Shown here: positions 26,149 through 38,900 of the stretch, piece by piece
Layout of the letters: every line of letters starts with the position of its first letter
How positions within the stretch are numbered: position 1 is the first letter of the stretch
From: Epiperipatus broadwayi
Lineage: Eukaryota; Animalia; Onychophora
Length of the DNA: 64,000 nucleotides
Direction: 5' to 3'
Assembly (NCBI GenBank): GCA_028023455.1
Contig: JAQFVV010000009.1
Location: forward strand, 17,856,001 to 17,920,000
Notes under the pieces: model-generated
What the model was told of the DNA's origin: nothing
Database searches by the model: none
Seen by the model: only the letters and a program-made list of their open reading frames with translations
Position numbers and translations under genes: made by a program

Positions 26149-27054
26149 TTTAAAGTATTTACATATGCTTTCTGTGCGCTCAATAAATTAATTACTACTC
26201 TTCAATAACTTAATTTTATTTTAAGTTAACTTTATTATAGTTTTGTAAGTGTATCCTAATTCAAATTATAAATTATTTAAAGTATTTTATAAGTCCTGGA
26301 CATAATTAAAGTCCATTTTAATATTTTACTATATTAATTTAAACTTGTCTATGGTTGAAGTAATTTTAAGTGTTTAATCCAAAGATGTAGTTTTCTATTT
26401 AGCAAGAAATTAGTACTAAAAGATCAAGATTACTTTAATATAATCTTTTGGTATTTCAAATTTTAATGTTTAAAATAAGTAGTAATAGTAATTAGATCTA
26501 AAAGTTTAACATCAGGTGTTAATGTTGAATTTTCATACTTATAACAAAGCATTTAATTTAAATTAACTATCAGCAATAGTATATTCATAAGCTAGTATCA
26601 TTGAGCTTGAATAGAGAACGATGAAGATAGATTGATTAATTAACTTAGAAGACATAAAATTGGTTTATTACTATTTAAAAGAGTTGTTAATTTCCAATTG
26701 AAATAATTTCAGTATGTATGTGTCTTTAAGTGTGCTTGCATTTATTAATTTTAGTTTTCACTTTGTTTTACATTATTAAATATCATTTAAATACCTTTAA
26801 ATTAACCTTAAAATATTAAGTAGAACTCTAGTGAATTTTTAATTATTAATTAGTACGGTCTAAAAATGATTATAAAGAAATTATGTAATGTTTTTTTTTT
26901 TAAAAAAATATATTTTCTTTCATTGTTTCTTGTTTTATTTTACCATAATAACTTTATTCTTTTAAAAATAATTATCTCAGATATCATGTGTTAATTAAAT
27001 GTCTGAAAAGTATGTAAATGAGTTCCTATTTCTAGCTTAACTCCACAGATACTA

Positions 27055-27161
27055 GTCTTGCATTGGTGGTCGAGAGGTCAGCGCGACTGCCTTACACTTG
27101 CAGGCAGTTGCCCCGGTTGCGGGTTCGCGTCCCGGACGATGCTATGACACTTAAAAAAAAA
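27055..27161 (+). mobile_element. tRNA-derived SINE-like insertion with A-tail and 16 bp TSD
   Basis: TSD aactccacagatacta (27039-27054, 27162-27177). A-box-like tggtggtcgagagg, B-box-like gggttcgcgtccc, oligo-A tail. Homolog at 41793-41888. Confidence 0.9.
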
Positions 27162-28083
27162 AACTCCACAGATACTAAATTATCTTTTAACCTTAAAGTA
27201 GGAAAATTAAAATGATGTTGTAAAAAAATGTTTTTCTGTCAATTAAAGAGTGACATAACTAGGTTTATAAAAAGCTCCATACATGCACACTGAACGTCTG
27301 AACTACAGAACTACAAGAACAGCTAAACTTCTAGAAGAAACAATCACACAAGGGAGAAAGAAATTTCAAAATTTCTCAACTTTAGAATTAATTACAAGTA
27401 ATATTTTTTAAAAAAATTATTTATTTTAAAGTAACATGCATACTTAAAAATCTTAAATTCAGGTGCCAAAGTTTAGACTAAAATCAAAATCCAAAAATTA
27501 ACAATATTTAAAGAAGAAAAGCAAAGTATTGAAAATGTTAAACAATTGCTCATTCATAATAGATAAAATATATCTATTGGAAACTAGTACATTGTCGAAA
27601 TTATCTATAGTTTGTGTGGTAATAGTATAAATATTGAACCCTACCGCTTGATGGCGTTTTTCACACAATGCACATCAATATACCATTTTAGCAGCCTAAC
27701 TTAAGCTAACACTACAACAGTGTTGTTTAGAGCTGTAACAGGCTGCTTAGAGGGTAATGTATCCTACGATTATGTAACAAAATACTATGCCCATTGACTT
27801 GCAACAGTATTCCTCAAGTGAGCACAATTCAACTCTCGTTACAGTCTGATTTTTATGGCGGCCATATTTGAAGGATGCAAAACTATCAAAAAATTCATTG
27901 GGGAAAAATTTTGAGAAAGTTTAGTGGATTTAGTATTACATATTAAGAATTGTCAGGCCACTACGTATGCTTCACTACGATTTTGAACTGCATACAACCT
28001 GAAAAGGTAGGGTTTTCAGCAGAGTTCTGGTGAGTTCATGCGCAAAAGCATGTTTACGTGTGAATCCATGCAAGTACAGTAAA

Positions 28084-28365
28084 ATGTCAGCAGGGCAAGT
28101 GTTCAAAATTGGTTGAAGGGGAGTGAATTGCCAGCCACAGAAGTTGATGCTGTTGTGTTTTTCCAGAAAGAGAACATCCTGCCAGATGCAAAGTTATGCA
28201 TTTGTGGGAGGAGCATGGTTTTAGTCAACTACAGTATCTGGGGAATTTTGTTGCCACTCCTGCAAGTGTACCTGGGGTCTACATAAGGGAAGTTGGTTGG
28301 ACGGCTCCAAAATCCCATTACTTACAGCTTTGAGGCTCATCTCCTATTGGAGTCAAATAAATCCT
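28084..28365 (+). pseudogene. Merlin (IS1016-related) transposase N-terminal fragment
   Basis: DAVVFFQKENILPDAKLCICGRSMVL, then after a frameshift FCCHSCKCTWGLHKGSWLDGSKIPLLTALRLISYWS. Matches my recollection of the Zn-ribbon region (FLQ..LL..C.C..M.L..WRC..C..SIR.GSWF..SKL) upstream of the Merlin DDE domain. No DDE domain seen. Confidence 0.65.
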
Positions 28366-31284
28366 AATTTCCCATCCCCCTAAAAAAATGTTTTTAAAAA
28401 ATGAACTGTTTAATTAAGGCTTTTTGAAAAAGGCAAAAAATAAAGGAAGAACTTTTCACTACCATATAAAGGTTTTGGTAGCATAAATATTTTTTAAAAA
28501 AAAAACACACCTCATAATAAGAAAATAAAAGACTAATTAAAAATCACACCAACCCCCCTCTACCCTTTAAAAACCAACTGTTGGTTTATTAAAAATGAAT
28601 TGATTAATAAGGCTTGCCAACAAAAAAAAAAGAGCTCAAAATCAATAAAAAGGTGTTATGTTAAATTTAACTATTTTTAAACGAGAATAATTTTGAATTT
28701 TTACTTTTTTTATATTCAAATCAGTTCTGAATTTATCACTATAATTGGTCAATGTTCACATCAGATTCATGGTCAACTTCCAGAGAACTTGTGGTCGATG
28801 TCTTGGCCACTATATATCTATCCAGATTGTTCCTATTGTCAATAAATGGAGAAGTATTATCTGCTTGTTAAAATTGTCTTCTAGCAAATTGCAGTTTTCA
28901 AGATAAAGAACTTTAATATTTTTAAAAGATTTGGTAAACAGGTTTAATTTAGAATTATAATTTCATGTATTTGGCATTTATAATTTATTGTTTGCTTATT
29001 TTATGTATTCTGGCTTGGTTTATTTTAGGCATTATGGTTTAGGATAATATTCAGAAGTTCATATAATATTAACTATTTTATATGCTAGATAATGATTTTG
29101 GTTTTATATCATTTTATAAGTATTGCTTTGTTTTCTGTTGTGAGTAATCTGTCTATTTTAGTAAATATTTATATGCAAATTGTGAAAAGATGCTGTATAT
29201 TCTTATTTTTATTTATTTAAGGTTATATTTTATTAAGTCAGATTTGACAAAATAATTATTGGTTTTATATATCAATTAATAATTATATTTATTAAGAGAT
29301 TAGAATTAGGTTCTCTCTTGTATATTTGCTATAAGCTTACCATGCCAATTTATGTTTCCAAGGTATAGGAGGCTTATCTCTCCCTTGATATATTTATTTA
29401 GATAGCCATATATTTTATAAAGAGATGTGAACCTGGTCTCTCTCTTGTTGATATTTTCCTTGAATGGTTTATATTCTTACATTTCATGCTTGTATAAATG
29501 CTTTGTTTGAAGTAATTCTTATTGTTCCTATTATTTGTGATGATCCATTCCCACTTTTCTCATATGTTTAGAGACAAAGTCCTAACATATTTATTTGCCT
29601 CAGAATGTAGGTGCAGTATTTTGGATTCATGCTATCACTAGGTTAATTGCCTTTGTTTTTCTTTTCTTGGAATTATTTTGGCAACTGATATAGTTATTTG
29701 TTTTGAAGAATGTCATCCTTTCTTCAGTTGCACTTTTGACTACTCTTAGTGTAATAGAAATGGTCCTGATGTATAAATCTGTTTTGCTGTGCTTTGTCAG
29801 CACTACATGAGATAAAACTTATAATTACTTTATTCAAAATTTTATTTCTTAGCCTAAATAAGCAATATACATTATCATCATCCAGTAGCAAGTCATCGCT
29901 GGATTGGTAAGATATAAATAATAGTTGGATTTGCTCATTATTTGGAACAATGTTATGGAGTGATTGTATGCAGAATGTGGAACTTCTTGAAATAATTCAT
30001 AGGTTAAAAAAGAGCTTTATCAGTTAGAAAACTATAGAATTATTAAAATAAATCAGAAGTTAGCAAAATTTTACAAGTTAAGAAAAAATAGAGAATTGGT
30101 GAAATAATGTTTAGATTAATAAAATTTATCATTTAGGAAGATGTAAAAGTTTTTGTAATAATAAGCCAATAGTAACTTCAGTTTTATTAATTAAGAAAAG
30201 TGAAACTTTTTGTAGCAATATCTATGTTTATGAGGTGTACATTGGTTCACCAAAACAAACAATAGTTGATAAACATTTAAGTTATTGATTTAATTTATTT
30301 TTTATTGTAAATTTAAGCTATAAGTTTTGGCAAAGTATATTTCTCTGTTGGAGCAAAAATGCATTGTATTATTTTTAAAACAACGCTCTTAAATTTTATA
30401 GATTTCCTATAATGTTATTGTTGTTAAATTGTTTATTGTAAATAAATATTATATTTTATCATTAAATCTTGTTTTAAAGTCTCACTGATATCTTATTAAC
30501 AAATAATTTATGCAAAAATCTAAACATAGTATAACTCATAATACAATTACATTTTATTATGTTTCTTCAAGGTACAGTCACATAAATTAGGGATAATAAA
30601 TCACTTAGTTATAATGATTTACAGATGCTGAGAATGCATCTAAGGAATAAAATATTTATCCATTTCTTAAGATTTTATTGATCACTATAATTTAACTACA
30701 ATTATTTAAAATAAGACTGTTGTTATAATGGAATATTATCTGCTCATTTAAGAAATATTGGTTTAGATTGTTAAGAGAATATTCTGAGTGGCCGTAATAT
30801 CCCTTTTCCATCCACTCTTGGTATTCAAAGGTTATTCTAGGAGATTGTTGTTATATTATTCAAAATTAAGAGTTTTATGTATTTTATTTTAATTAAAATA
30901 TTTTTCTATTAAAAGTCATTATTATCATCATCGTCATCATTGTATGATAGGTAGACATTATCTGTGGAATAAGTGTATGTCTCCTCAAACCTTTCACTAG
31001 GATACCATTCATTTTATTAACAACTTAATAAAGAATGAGAAACTTAATACCAAAAACATTTCTAATGAATCATGAAATCTTCATATCATTATTTAATAAT
31101 GAGAGAAATTATATTTATATACAAGAAATTATTGAGAAAAAAAGAAAAGTAACACAAATAGACAAATAAAATTTAAAGAACATTATTATTTTTATCTAAA
31201 TCTTGAATTGTGAAGAATAGTGGCTATGAAGTATATAATGGGGGGGGGGGGTAATAAAATAACTTTATTGTGAAAAAGATTATA

Positions 31285-32089
31285 TTATAAGCTAACTATT
31301 CTGTGATGTTTGCTGCAAATATTAAGAGCTTTTGTAGTTTGTAAGAATGAGTTGAGGATTCTGCTCTTAAAACTTATTTTAATTATAATTAGAGTATTTA
31401 TAATGTTTAATAATTATTCTCATTATCATTATTACCAATATGGCTTTTTTTTATTATTGGCATAGATCACTAATAGGGAACCTGAGATTAGCCTAATGTT
31501 TTCTCAAATCATAATATTATAGCCTAATACCTGTTTAGCACCTAACTTTAATATGTCTCATTTATTCTTGATATAATTTTAGCATGTCCAATGATTGTCT
31601 CTTTTAATAATATAATTTTGGTGCTAAATGTGGGATACCAAAATTATAATAAGAAAATCAAAACACAGGCCATATACTGATAATAAAAACAGTTATGCAT
31701 CAAAACATAGGCCATATACTGATAATAAAAACAGTTATGCAAGGACATAACTAAAATTATAACCTAAATACTCTGTGATGTATGCTGTAAATATTAAGAG
31801 CTTTTGTAATTTGTAAGAGTGGATTGAGAATTCTTCTCTTAAAATATATTTTAATCATAATTAGAGTATGTATTATTATTATTATCATCATCATTATCAT
31901 TCTTATGGTTTTTTATTATTGCATAAATCATGCTAATAGAGAACCCTGAGCTTAGCCTTATGTTTATCAAATTGTGATATTATAACCTAATATTTATTTA
32001 GCATCTAACTTTAATATTCTTTTGAAATTCTAATTTTGGCCATGTCCTTGCATTTCTATGTTTTTATTATTGGCATATGGCCTATGTTT
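31285..32089. repeat. Diverged ~470 bp-period direct duplication with an internal 42 bp tandem repeat and an inverted tail
   Basis: ctgtgatgt.tgctg.aaatattaagagcttttgta at 31301 and 31773. 42-mer at 31658-31699 and 31700-31741. 31703-31759 is an inverted match to 32031-32089. Confidence 0.85.
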
Positions 32090-32117
32090 AATCTTTCTTG
32101 TTATAATATATATATAT

Positions 32118-32585
32118 TATAACGGAAATGGTTACTTCGTACGGTTGATTAATTATTTGTACTTTCAACTATATTTATTTCGGTTATTTTATTCTACATT
32201 ATACTTAATTTATTATCCTTTAATTCTTTTCCGACTTTGATTCTTTATCCATTTATTGTTTCAACTTAGATTCTTTATTATCTTATTCATTATTTTAACC
32301 AACGCCATTACAATACAAGCAGAGAGCTAATACAGATACAAATTTAACTTCATATCTATACCCTTGACTGAACCCCAAGGCAATACGTACATATTATCTT
32401 GGCGTTATTTTTCCCAGCCAAGAACCCTCGGCTGCTGAACAGAGCAAACTATTTCAAAGAAACTTAGCGAATGTCCAGCGCTTGCTATTTATTTTTTAGA
32501 ATTGGGATTTCGCACGAACAAGCAGCACATGAATATCTTAAAAAAATCAGTATGCCCCTTTAATCACTACTTACAGTTTCCCCCC
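32118..32585 (-). mobile_element. Putative 3' LTR with polypurine tract
   Basis: Minus strand: GGGGGGAAAC (32576-32585) directly before TGTAAGTAG (32575). Ends ccgttata (one change from ..GTTACA) at 32118. AATAAA motifs inside. Confidence 0.45.
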
Positions 32586-33865
32586 TGTCGTAGCTTGGTG
32601 ATAGGAGAATAAAGCAAGGATACGAAATTTAATGACAAATATGTTTAATAATAATATTCACACTTTATATAAAAAATTACATTATAATAATAATAATAAA
32701 CACACACTTATAAATACATGGCTATAATAAATATGAAAATAGATCAGATATAAAAGTTCTTAAAGTCCTGTTGATAGAGTTCTATTTTTATCAAATCATT
32801 AATTTTATATTTAGTTATGGATAGTAGACAAATGAAAATGCATGCATGCTTTTACCTAGGCTTTGTTGTAATTGTCCCATGGGTATTTCTTCCGAGCGCT
32901 CTTGATTGACTTCCTCAGTTTGTGGGGTTATTTTTCGTTCCAGTTTTGCTTGTTGATCCCTTAGGTTCTCCATTAACTTCCTCCATTTGTGGGGTTATTT
33001 TCATCCAGTTTGCTGGTTAATTCTTTAGGTTGAGTTTCAATCGACAGCTACAGAAGCGGCGGTCCCTCTAGCAGGTTAGGCAAAGATCTTACATTGTGAG
33101 TCAGTGATGAGACGGCTTGCATCCGAACCCACGTCCCTTTAACGCCACTAGCCACGCACTTCTTCCATTTTCTTTTAGCTGTTGCTTCTCTAAAGTCTCT
33201 ACTAGCAATCCAACAAAAATTGTAATTTTCTTAATCTCTTTCTTTGTTCGTTGTTTTTAAAAATTTTAATTAAGACTTAGATTTCCAACCAATTCTTATT
33301 ATTATGTTTCTTTATTTAATTAGTGGCTGGAATGTAAGTCCCAATTAATTTAACAGATCAGGCAAAGATCTTTCGTTGATAACATTTCTTTGTCCGTGGA
33401 ATTTAATTTGTCCAACAGACTTTCACACCTACGGGCATATTGTTTCCTTTTATATATCACCTATTACATTTGTTTTATTTAAAGTTTACAATTCATTTAT
33501 TTATTTATTTTCACATTTACGTTTTACATTTATTTTAATTTGTTATAATATATATATTTTTTTAATGAGAGAGAAGACACGCATTTCTTTATGTTTCCTT
33601 TTCCCCTCTCCCACACTAAACAAAAATAACTTCTAGCATTTGACTTATAAGAGAGAAAGAGACGCATTTCTTTATTTATGCAGCCCCCCTCCCCTTCTCT
33701 TACTATTACAAAATCCACAGTAATTTGACATTAGAATTTCAATTTTTCTTTTCCTTCCTTTTTTTTTTTAAAAAAAATTTATTAGCTAATTTATTTCACC
33801 TTTATTACTTTCTAATTTTATTAATAAATATATATGTGTGACGACGACTTTACGTGGTCATCACA
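32586..33865 (-). mobile_element. Putative ~1.28 kb LTR (TG..CA)
   Basis: Minus strand begins TGTGATGAC and ends CTACGACA. TATATAAAA near 33450, ATTAAA near 32645. Internal two-copy repeats (acttcctc..tttgtggggttattttt; gagaga.aga.acgcatttcttta). No TSD found. Confidence 0.45.
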
Positions 33866-33879
33866 TTATATTATAAAAG

Positions 33880-35907
33880 GAAAAGAAAAGTAGACAACAT
33901 AAAACTAGTAGAATGTTTGATATTGTTTTTGAAAACCTAATGCATCAATATTCGAGTTGATAGAAGCAATTGCAATTGTCATTGAGTTACTATTTTCTTT
34001 AATTCTTAAAAATAGTTGCTCACAAATATAGCTGCTGCCAAAAAGCAATGACATATGGCATTATTGTAAAATAAGGAGAATATTGTCTTTGGAAATACAG
34101 AATCTATAAAAGTCAATTAAAGAGTTGAATGTCAGATTACATCTCTATGCATTCCATTTGAAAATTGGTAGATAACATATTTATATCAACTGAAAATGCA
34201 GTCCCAAATGTAACAAAATATTTATTATTTCCCCATACAATTTGAAATCTGGTTTTAAATTTTTGTATCAAATCGAAAAGCAATGTTGAATAGTTTTTAT
34301 TATTCACAAGACTGTGTTTAACCAATGTTTCAAAGTGCATTAAATTATTTGCCTTAATTTAAGCTTGCCCTAATTTTAGTTTCATTTGGAATACTGCTAT
34401 GGTGTTAAAGATTGTGTTGATAAGTTGGTTTTTATCTTGAAAATACATATTTAACATTAAACCAATTTTCATTATCAAGTTCCAATTTGTTTTTTGATAC
34501 CATAAATAATCTTCTCAACATTTGGTCTGGACCTAGCCATCTTTTTCTGAAAAATAAATGTTACTATAGTCAGCATCAATATTTTTAAGGAATTTCTATA
34601 ATTAGCATTGATTCAATCCTTTAGCCCCTATGAAATTCACAGACTTAAGGATGATTTGCATGATGTTTTATCCATCTTTTTAACACTTTTGCACATAAAC
34701 TTCTTGCTGTTCTATACAATGATACTTTGTCAAACATGAATTTTGGGAAGCAATTGCATCATCATGTTTTAATTTTCCAATTCCTTCTCTATTACTTTAC
34801 ACTGCCAGAGCAACATCAGTAACTATTCCAGATATGTTGACAATAAACAAAAAATCACTTTAATATATTTTTTACTGCTTTACATAAATCTCTTGATTTA
34901 GTTATATCTTCTAATGGCAGTAAAGAAACAATTTCTTCAATGACATCATGTTCATCATCACTACTTTTGATAAAAATAGCAAATTAGCTGTATCTGTAGC
35001 ATCTATGCTATTAACCATCACCAAAGCACATAAAATTTACAATTAGCAACTTTACACTTCAAACTTTTTTCAATAGATTTTCCAATTTCTTTAATTCAAC
35101 TGATATTCTCTTTTTTATCAGAACAAATTATATCTGCCATGCTTTTCATACATTGCTTACTAAACTCACTGTCAGTAAATGGTTTTGATTTTTTTTTTTG
35201 GTATTAAATATTTTACACATAACTAGCTTTTACAGTGGAATCCACCCAAGTTATACTCTTTTGAAAACAATAAAAAATTCAAAAGACCGACTTTTGTGTA
35301 GTTCCATTATTTGCTAATTAAAATCCTTCATATATATTGAATTTGGCAGCATATTTTTATATATAATGCATTTTAAAATTATAGTCTTTGAAAATTTACT
35401 AAATTCTTAGTAAATTAAGCAGAGTGCTTTAATGTTTCCTCATCAATAAAATACTTGTTCACTTTTTATTCAACAATCTTCTTTCATCCGAAATTTTTTT
35501 TTTTTTTGGAAGTTTCTTTTTCATTTGAGAGATTGTAGAAACTATGCTAGGATTTAAAAAAAGATAATAGGTATTTTTTTATGAAAATTAATTGACAAGA
35601 AGATTGAAAGCAAAGTTTGTGCCCTTCCACAACACTCATCCATTTGTGCAGAGTGAGGTGGAGATTGTTTGTAAGGATTCTGTTGGATAGTCCAAGCCTA
35701 CCTGTAAATGAGTGCTGATGTATAATATTAGCATTCATTTACAGAGCCTATTGTAAGACTTAACTATCATGCAGAGAAGACCAAGTATTCTCTATTATAG
35801 GGGTGGGAGTGCCAATGATTTTTCAGACTGACAAAATGGCCCAATTAGTGCTCATTCATTAGCTGATCTCCAGCCCTATTATACATGGCATATATAAGGC
35901 ACCCCTG
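33880..35907 (-). mobile_element. Second, more decayed Buster/SPIN-type hAT with transposase pseudogene (~33905-35530)
   Basis: Minus-strand KKISDERR, DSTVKASY, KSKPFTDSEFSKQCM, YSTLLFDLIQKFKTRFQ..FSVDINMLSTNFQMECIE, FGSSYICEQLF. Possible decayed TIR ..gcacccctg ending 35907. Left TIR not found. Confidence 0.85.
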
Positions 35908-38900
35908 AAGTTTGGAAGTACCCTTAATAATCAAATAAGAATGCTTATCTGACCTCATAACTTCAAACTTGTAAGGTTGCAAAGGTATGTTAAATATTAT
36001 TGATATTTTCTGCCTCACTTAGTTGCTGAAAACTCATGTAATGTGTGATGTTGTGAATTCTGCTATCTGTGCTTGAAAAATAACACACTGGAAGCCTCAC
36101 ACTATATAAAACTGAAAACACATGCTTATAAATAAAAGAGCATGCATACATTTATGTTAGTCACATTATAGCATGTAATCACAAAAAAATCTCATAATGT
36201 TTTAAGTGAGTTTATGATTTTGTGTTAAGTCACATTCATAACTATCATGTACCACATGTGGGTTGCCAGTTGGGCTATCCTGGTCTAAGAGTATATATTG
36301 AATAAATTCTTTCACAAAATAAATTCAGTGTAGAATAGTTTAGATTTTTTTTAAAAAAAATAACAGTATTAATAATATAGGGGAGAAAAATAATATATGC
36401 TATAATGATAACTCTTATCAATAGAAGCACAGGTAGCAAAATGTACAAATGAAATAATATGAGACCAGTAGTTGATTAACTAAAGCTCATTACAAATATT
36501 ACTTCAATCATTTCACATCGGAGAGCATGTTCTCAGAACTATGGGGGGATTCTATGGGTTGTGTATGCGGCATTAATTAATATATCTTAGCAGCAAGTGT
36601 TATATATAAAAGTATTATAGCAGTATGCTAATCCAATATAATTATTGGGTTTTATGAAATAGCAAAATATTTCATTCTATAATTGCTTTAGAAAATGCAT
36701 GTAATAATATGTAATATGTTTGTAAATAAGAAAATAATTTATTAATGATAAAATATAATAATAAATAAATAATAAAATAAATCACTAGAATCTTCTTTGG
36801 GAGATTTTCTTTCTTGAGTACTTTTCTAAGTCAGAAATTATACTAAAAATTCAAATGCTTCATCTTTTATAACTTTACATGATAACTTCTCACATAAAAA
36901 ATATCATTTTTTGGTAGATAGATAGTTTCATTTATTTTATTATTAGAGATTGGGATACAATTCATGCTCTAAATAATTTAAGTTCAAATATTATATAGTT
37001 CCTTTATAAATAAAAAAATAATGTTTTTGACAAGTTCCATAATAGTTTTTATTCTTTAATTTATTAAAAGTTCAATAGTCTTTTCATTCATTTGTCCTGA
37101 ATATTCACAAAGAACAAACAATATCAAAGCATTAAAAGTTCTGGCTTTATAATATTTTACCACTATTTTGAAAGTCTTTTTTTTCTTCCTTTAAATATTT
37201 TTTTTCCTTTCAGTATTGTTAAGTAAAACATTAAAGGCAATTACACAAAGTGTTAGTATTCTTATTTCTTCTTTGGAAATCCATTTCCAGAGTTCTGTTT
37301 ACCTATAATAGTTTAACTAGTTGATAAGGAATTTAGATTGGGCATTGCACTAGTTAGGAACCAATGAGCTATTTACTTTAAATTAGCACCTCATCTTTCA
37401 TACAAGTCTGAGTACAAAAGGTATTTCCATCACTTTAAGCAAAATTAAAATAATTATACATTTTCACTTCTTATGTATATATATTTTTTTTTATTTGTTA
37501 GATAATTTATTTTGCTTTTTTCTTTCTTTCAAAAAAAAATGGGGGAGGGAGAAAAAAATTAGTTATCAAAGCCTTTGTTGTGTTTATAATTTTTTGGGGT
37601 CATCTCCATAATGAATTTAAAGTATCTTATTTTTAACAAAGGGGAAATTAACTAAATAAATATATCACATTATTTGTCAAAAGTATAATGATGTAACTTT
37701 GGCATAGCCAATATAAATGTTACAATATATATTGGATACTAGTATATCAAAATGAATTCTTGATACCATATAAATAAACATTTCTTCAGCATGATCTATC
37801 ATAGTTTATGTTTAACCTAATCAAGTATTTATTTGTTAAGTTTTATTTATTTATGGTATTCTAAAAAAAATTTGCCACCTTCACAGGCTAAAAGCACTAA
37901 TATTTTTTTTTACTTTAGTACTTAAAAGAATATGTATGATTGAAAATAGATGGATGTTTAAAACAAAGGAAATAACAATAGTGTACAAAGTTCATGTTTC
38001 TTTTTATGATCAATTGCAAAGTGCATTTGTGTTAGCTGTAGAGGTTCCTAGAAACAGTATTGGCTTACTTCAAATTTTATATATTTACAGTTAATTAATA
38101 TTGTACTGGAAGTAGACAGTGGTAAAGAGAAATGAGACTCTAATTAGGACTATTGAGGATGAATCCCCAAATGAGATATAAGAATTAACATAATATACAA
38201 TTATATAAAACCTTTTTATATTTAAAAACTAACCAAAATAAAGATTCGAACTCTGGATAGGATTAAAAGATACTTTAATATTATATAAAAACAATTTATT
38301 CTAAACGTGCATTATTTATATAGTTCACACTAGAATAGTTTCATTATGCTTACATCTGTGATTATTATGGGATGTCACACTAGTACATATATAGTGCGGT
38401 TTATTTATATGCCAATGTTTAAAAAGAAAAAGTTATATAATGGGTTTAAGAAGAGAAACGCTATTTTATCATATGATTAAATAATGATCTAGACAAAAGA
38501 ATTCACAAGAGAGACATCTTAATGTTTGAATAAATTAATATCATGTATTTAACAAACTATGATCGATGCCAGGTAAATTGGTCTCTGACATCCGCTATAT
38601 TTATTAAAGATTAAACATCAAAGTTATAAAATAAATGTCAATATAACAAACGTTATATTTTAATTCTTGAATTAAAATAAAATAAGGAAAATTAATTTAC
38701 ACACATGGAAGCCGCTCGTCTTTTTGTGACATTCAAAATATAAATACATTAATAAATAACAAAATGGTTTAGTTATATTGCTGTGTTATGGCTTACGGAT
38801 TAGTTTTAGGCATAATTCTAAAATACTATAAGAAATCGTGGTGCGAGCATGAGTTGGCAAAATATAAGATTCGGTCCATTTTGACCAAGTAGACGCTTCA

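Noticed and set aside
28720-29800. Possible LINE ORF1 relic on the minus strand
   Set aside because: Too decayed; no intact CCHC or other motif.
33096-33140. GTGATGA..GAAC..GTC resembling a hammerhead core or snoRNA C box
   Set aside because: Lacks C3 and GAAA, and there is no D box at a suitable distance.
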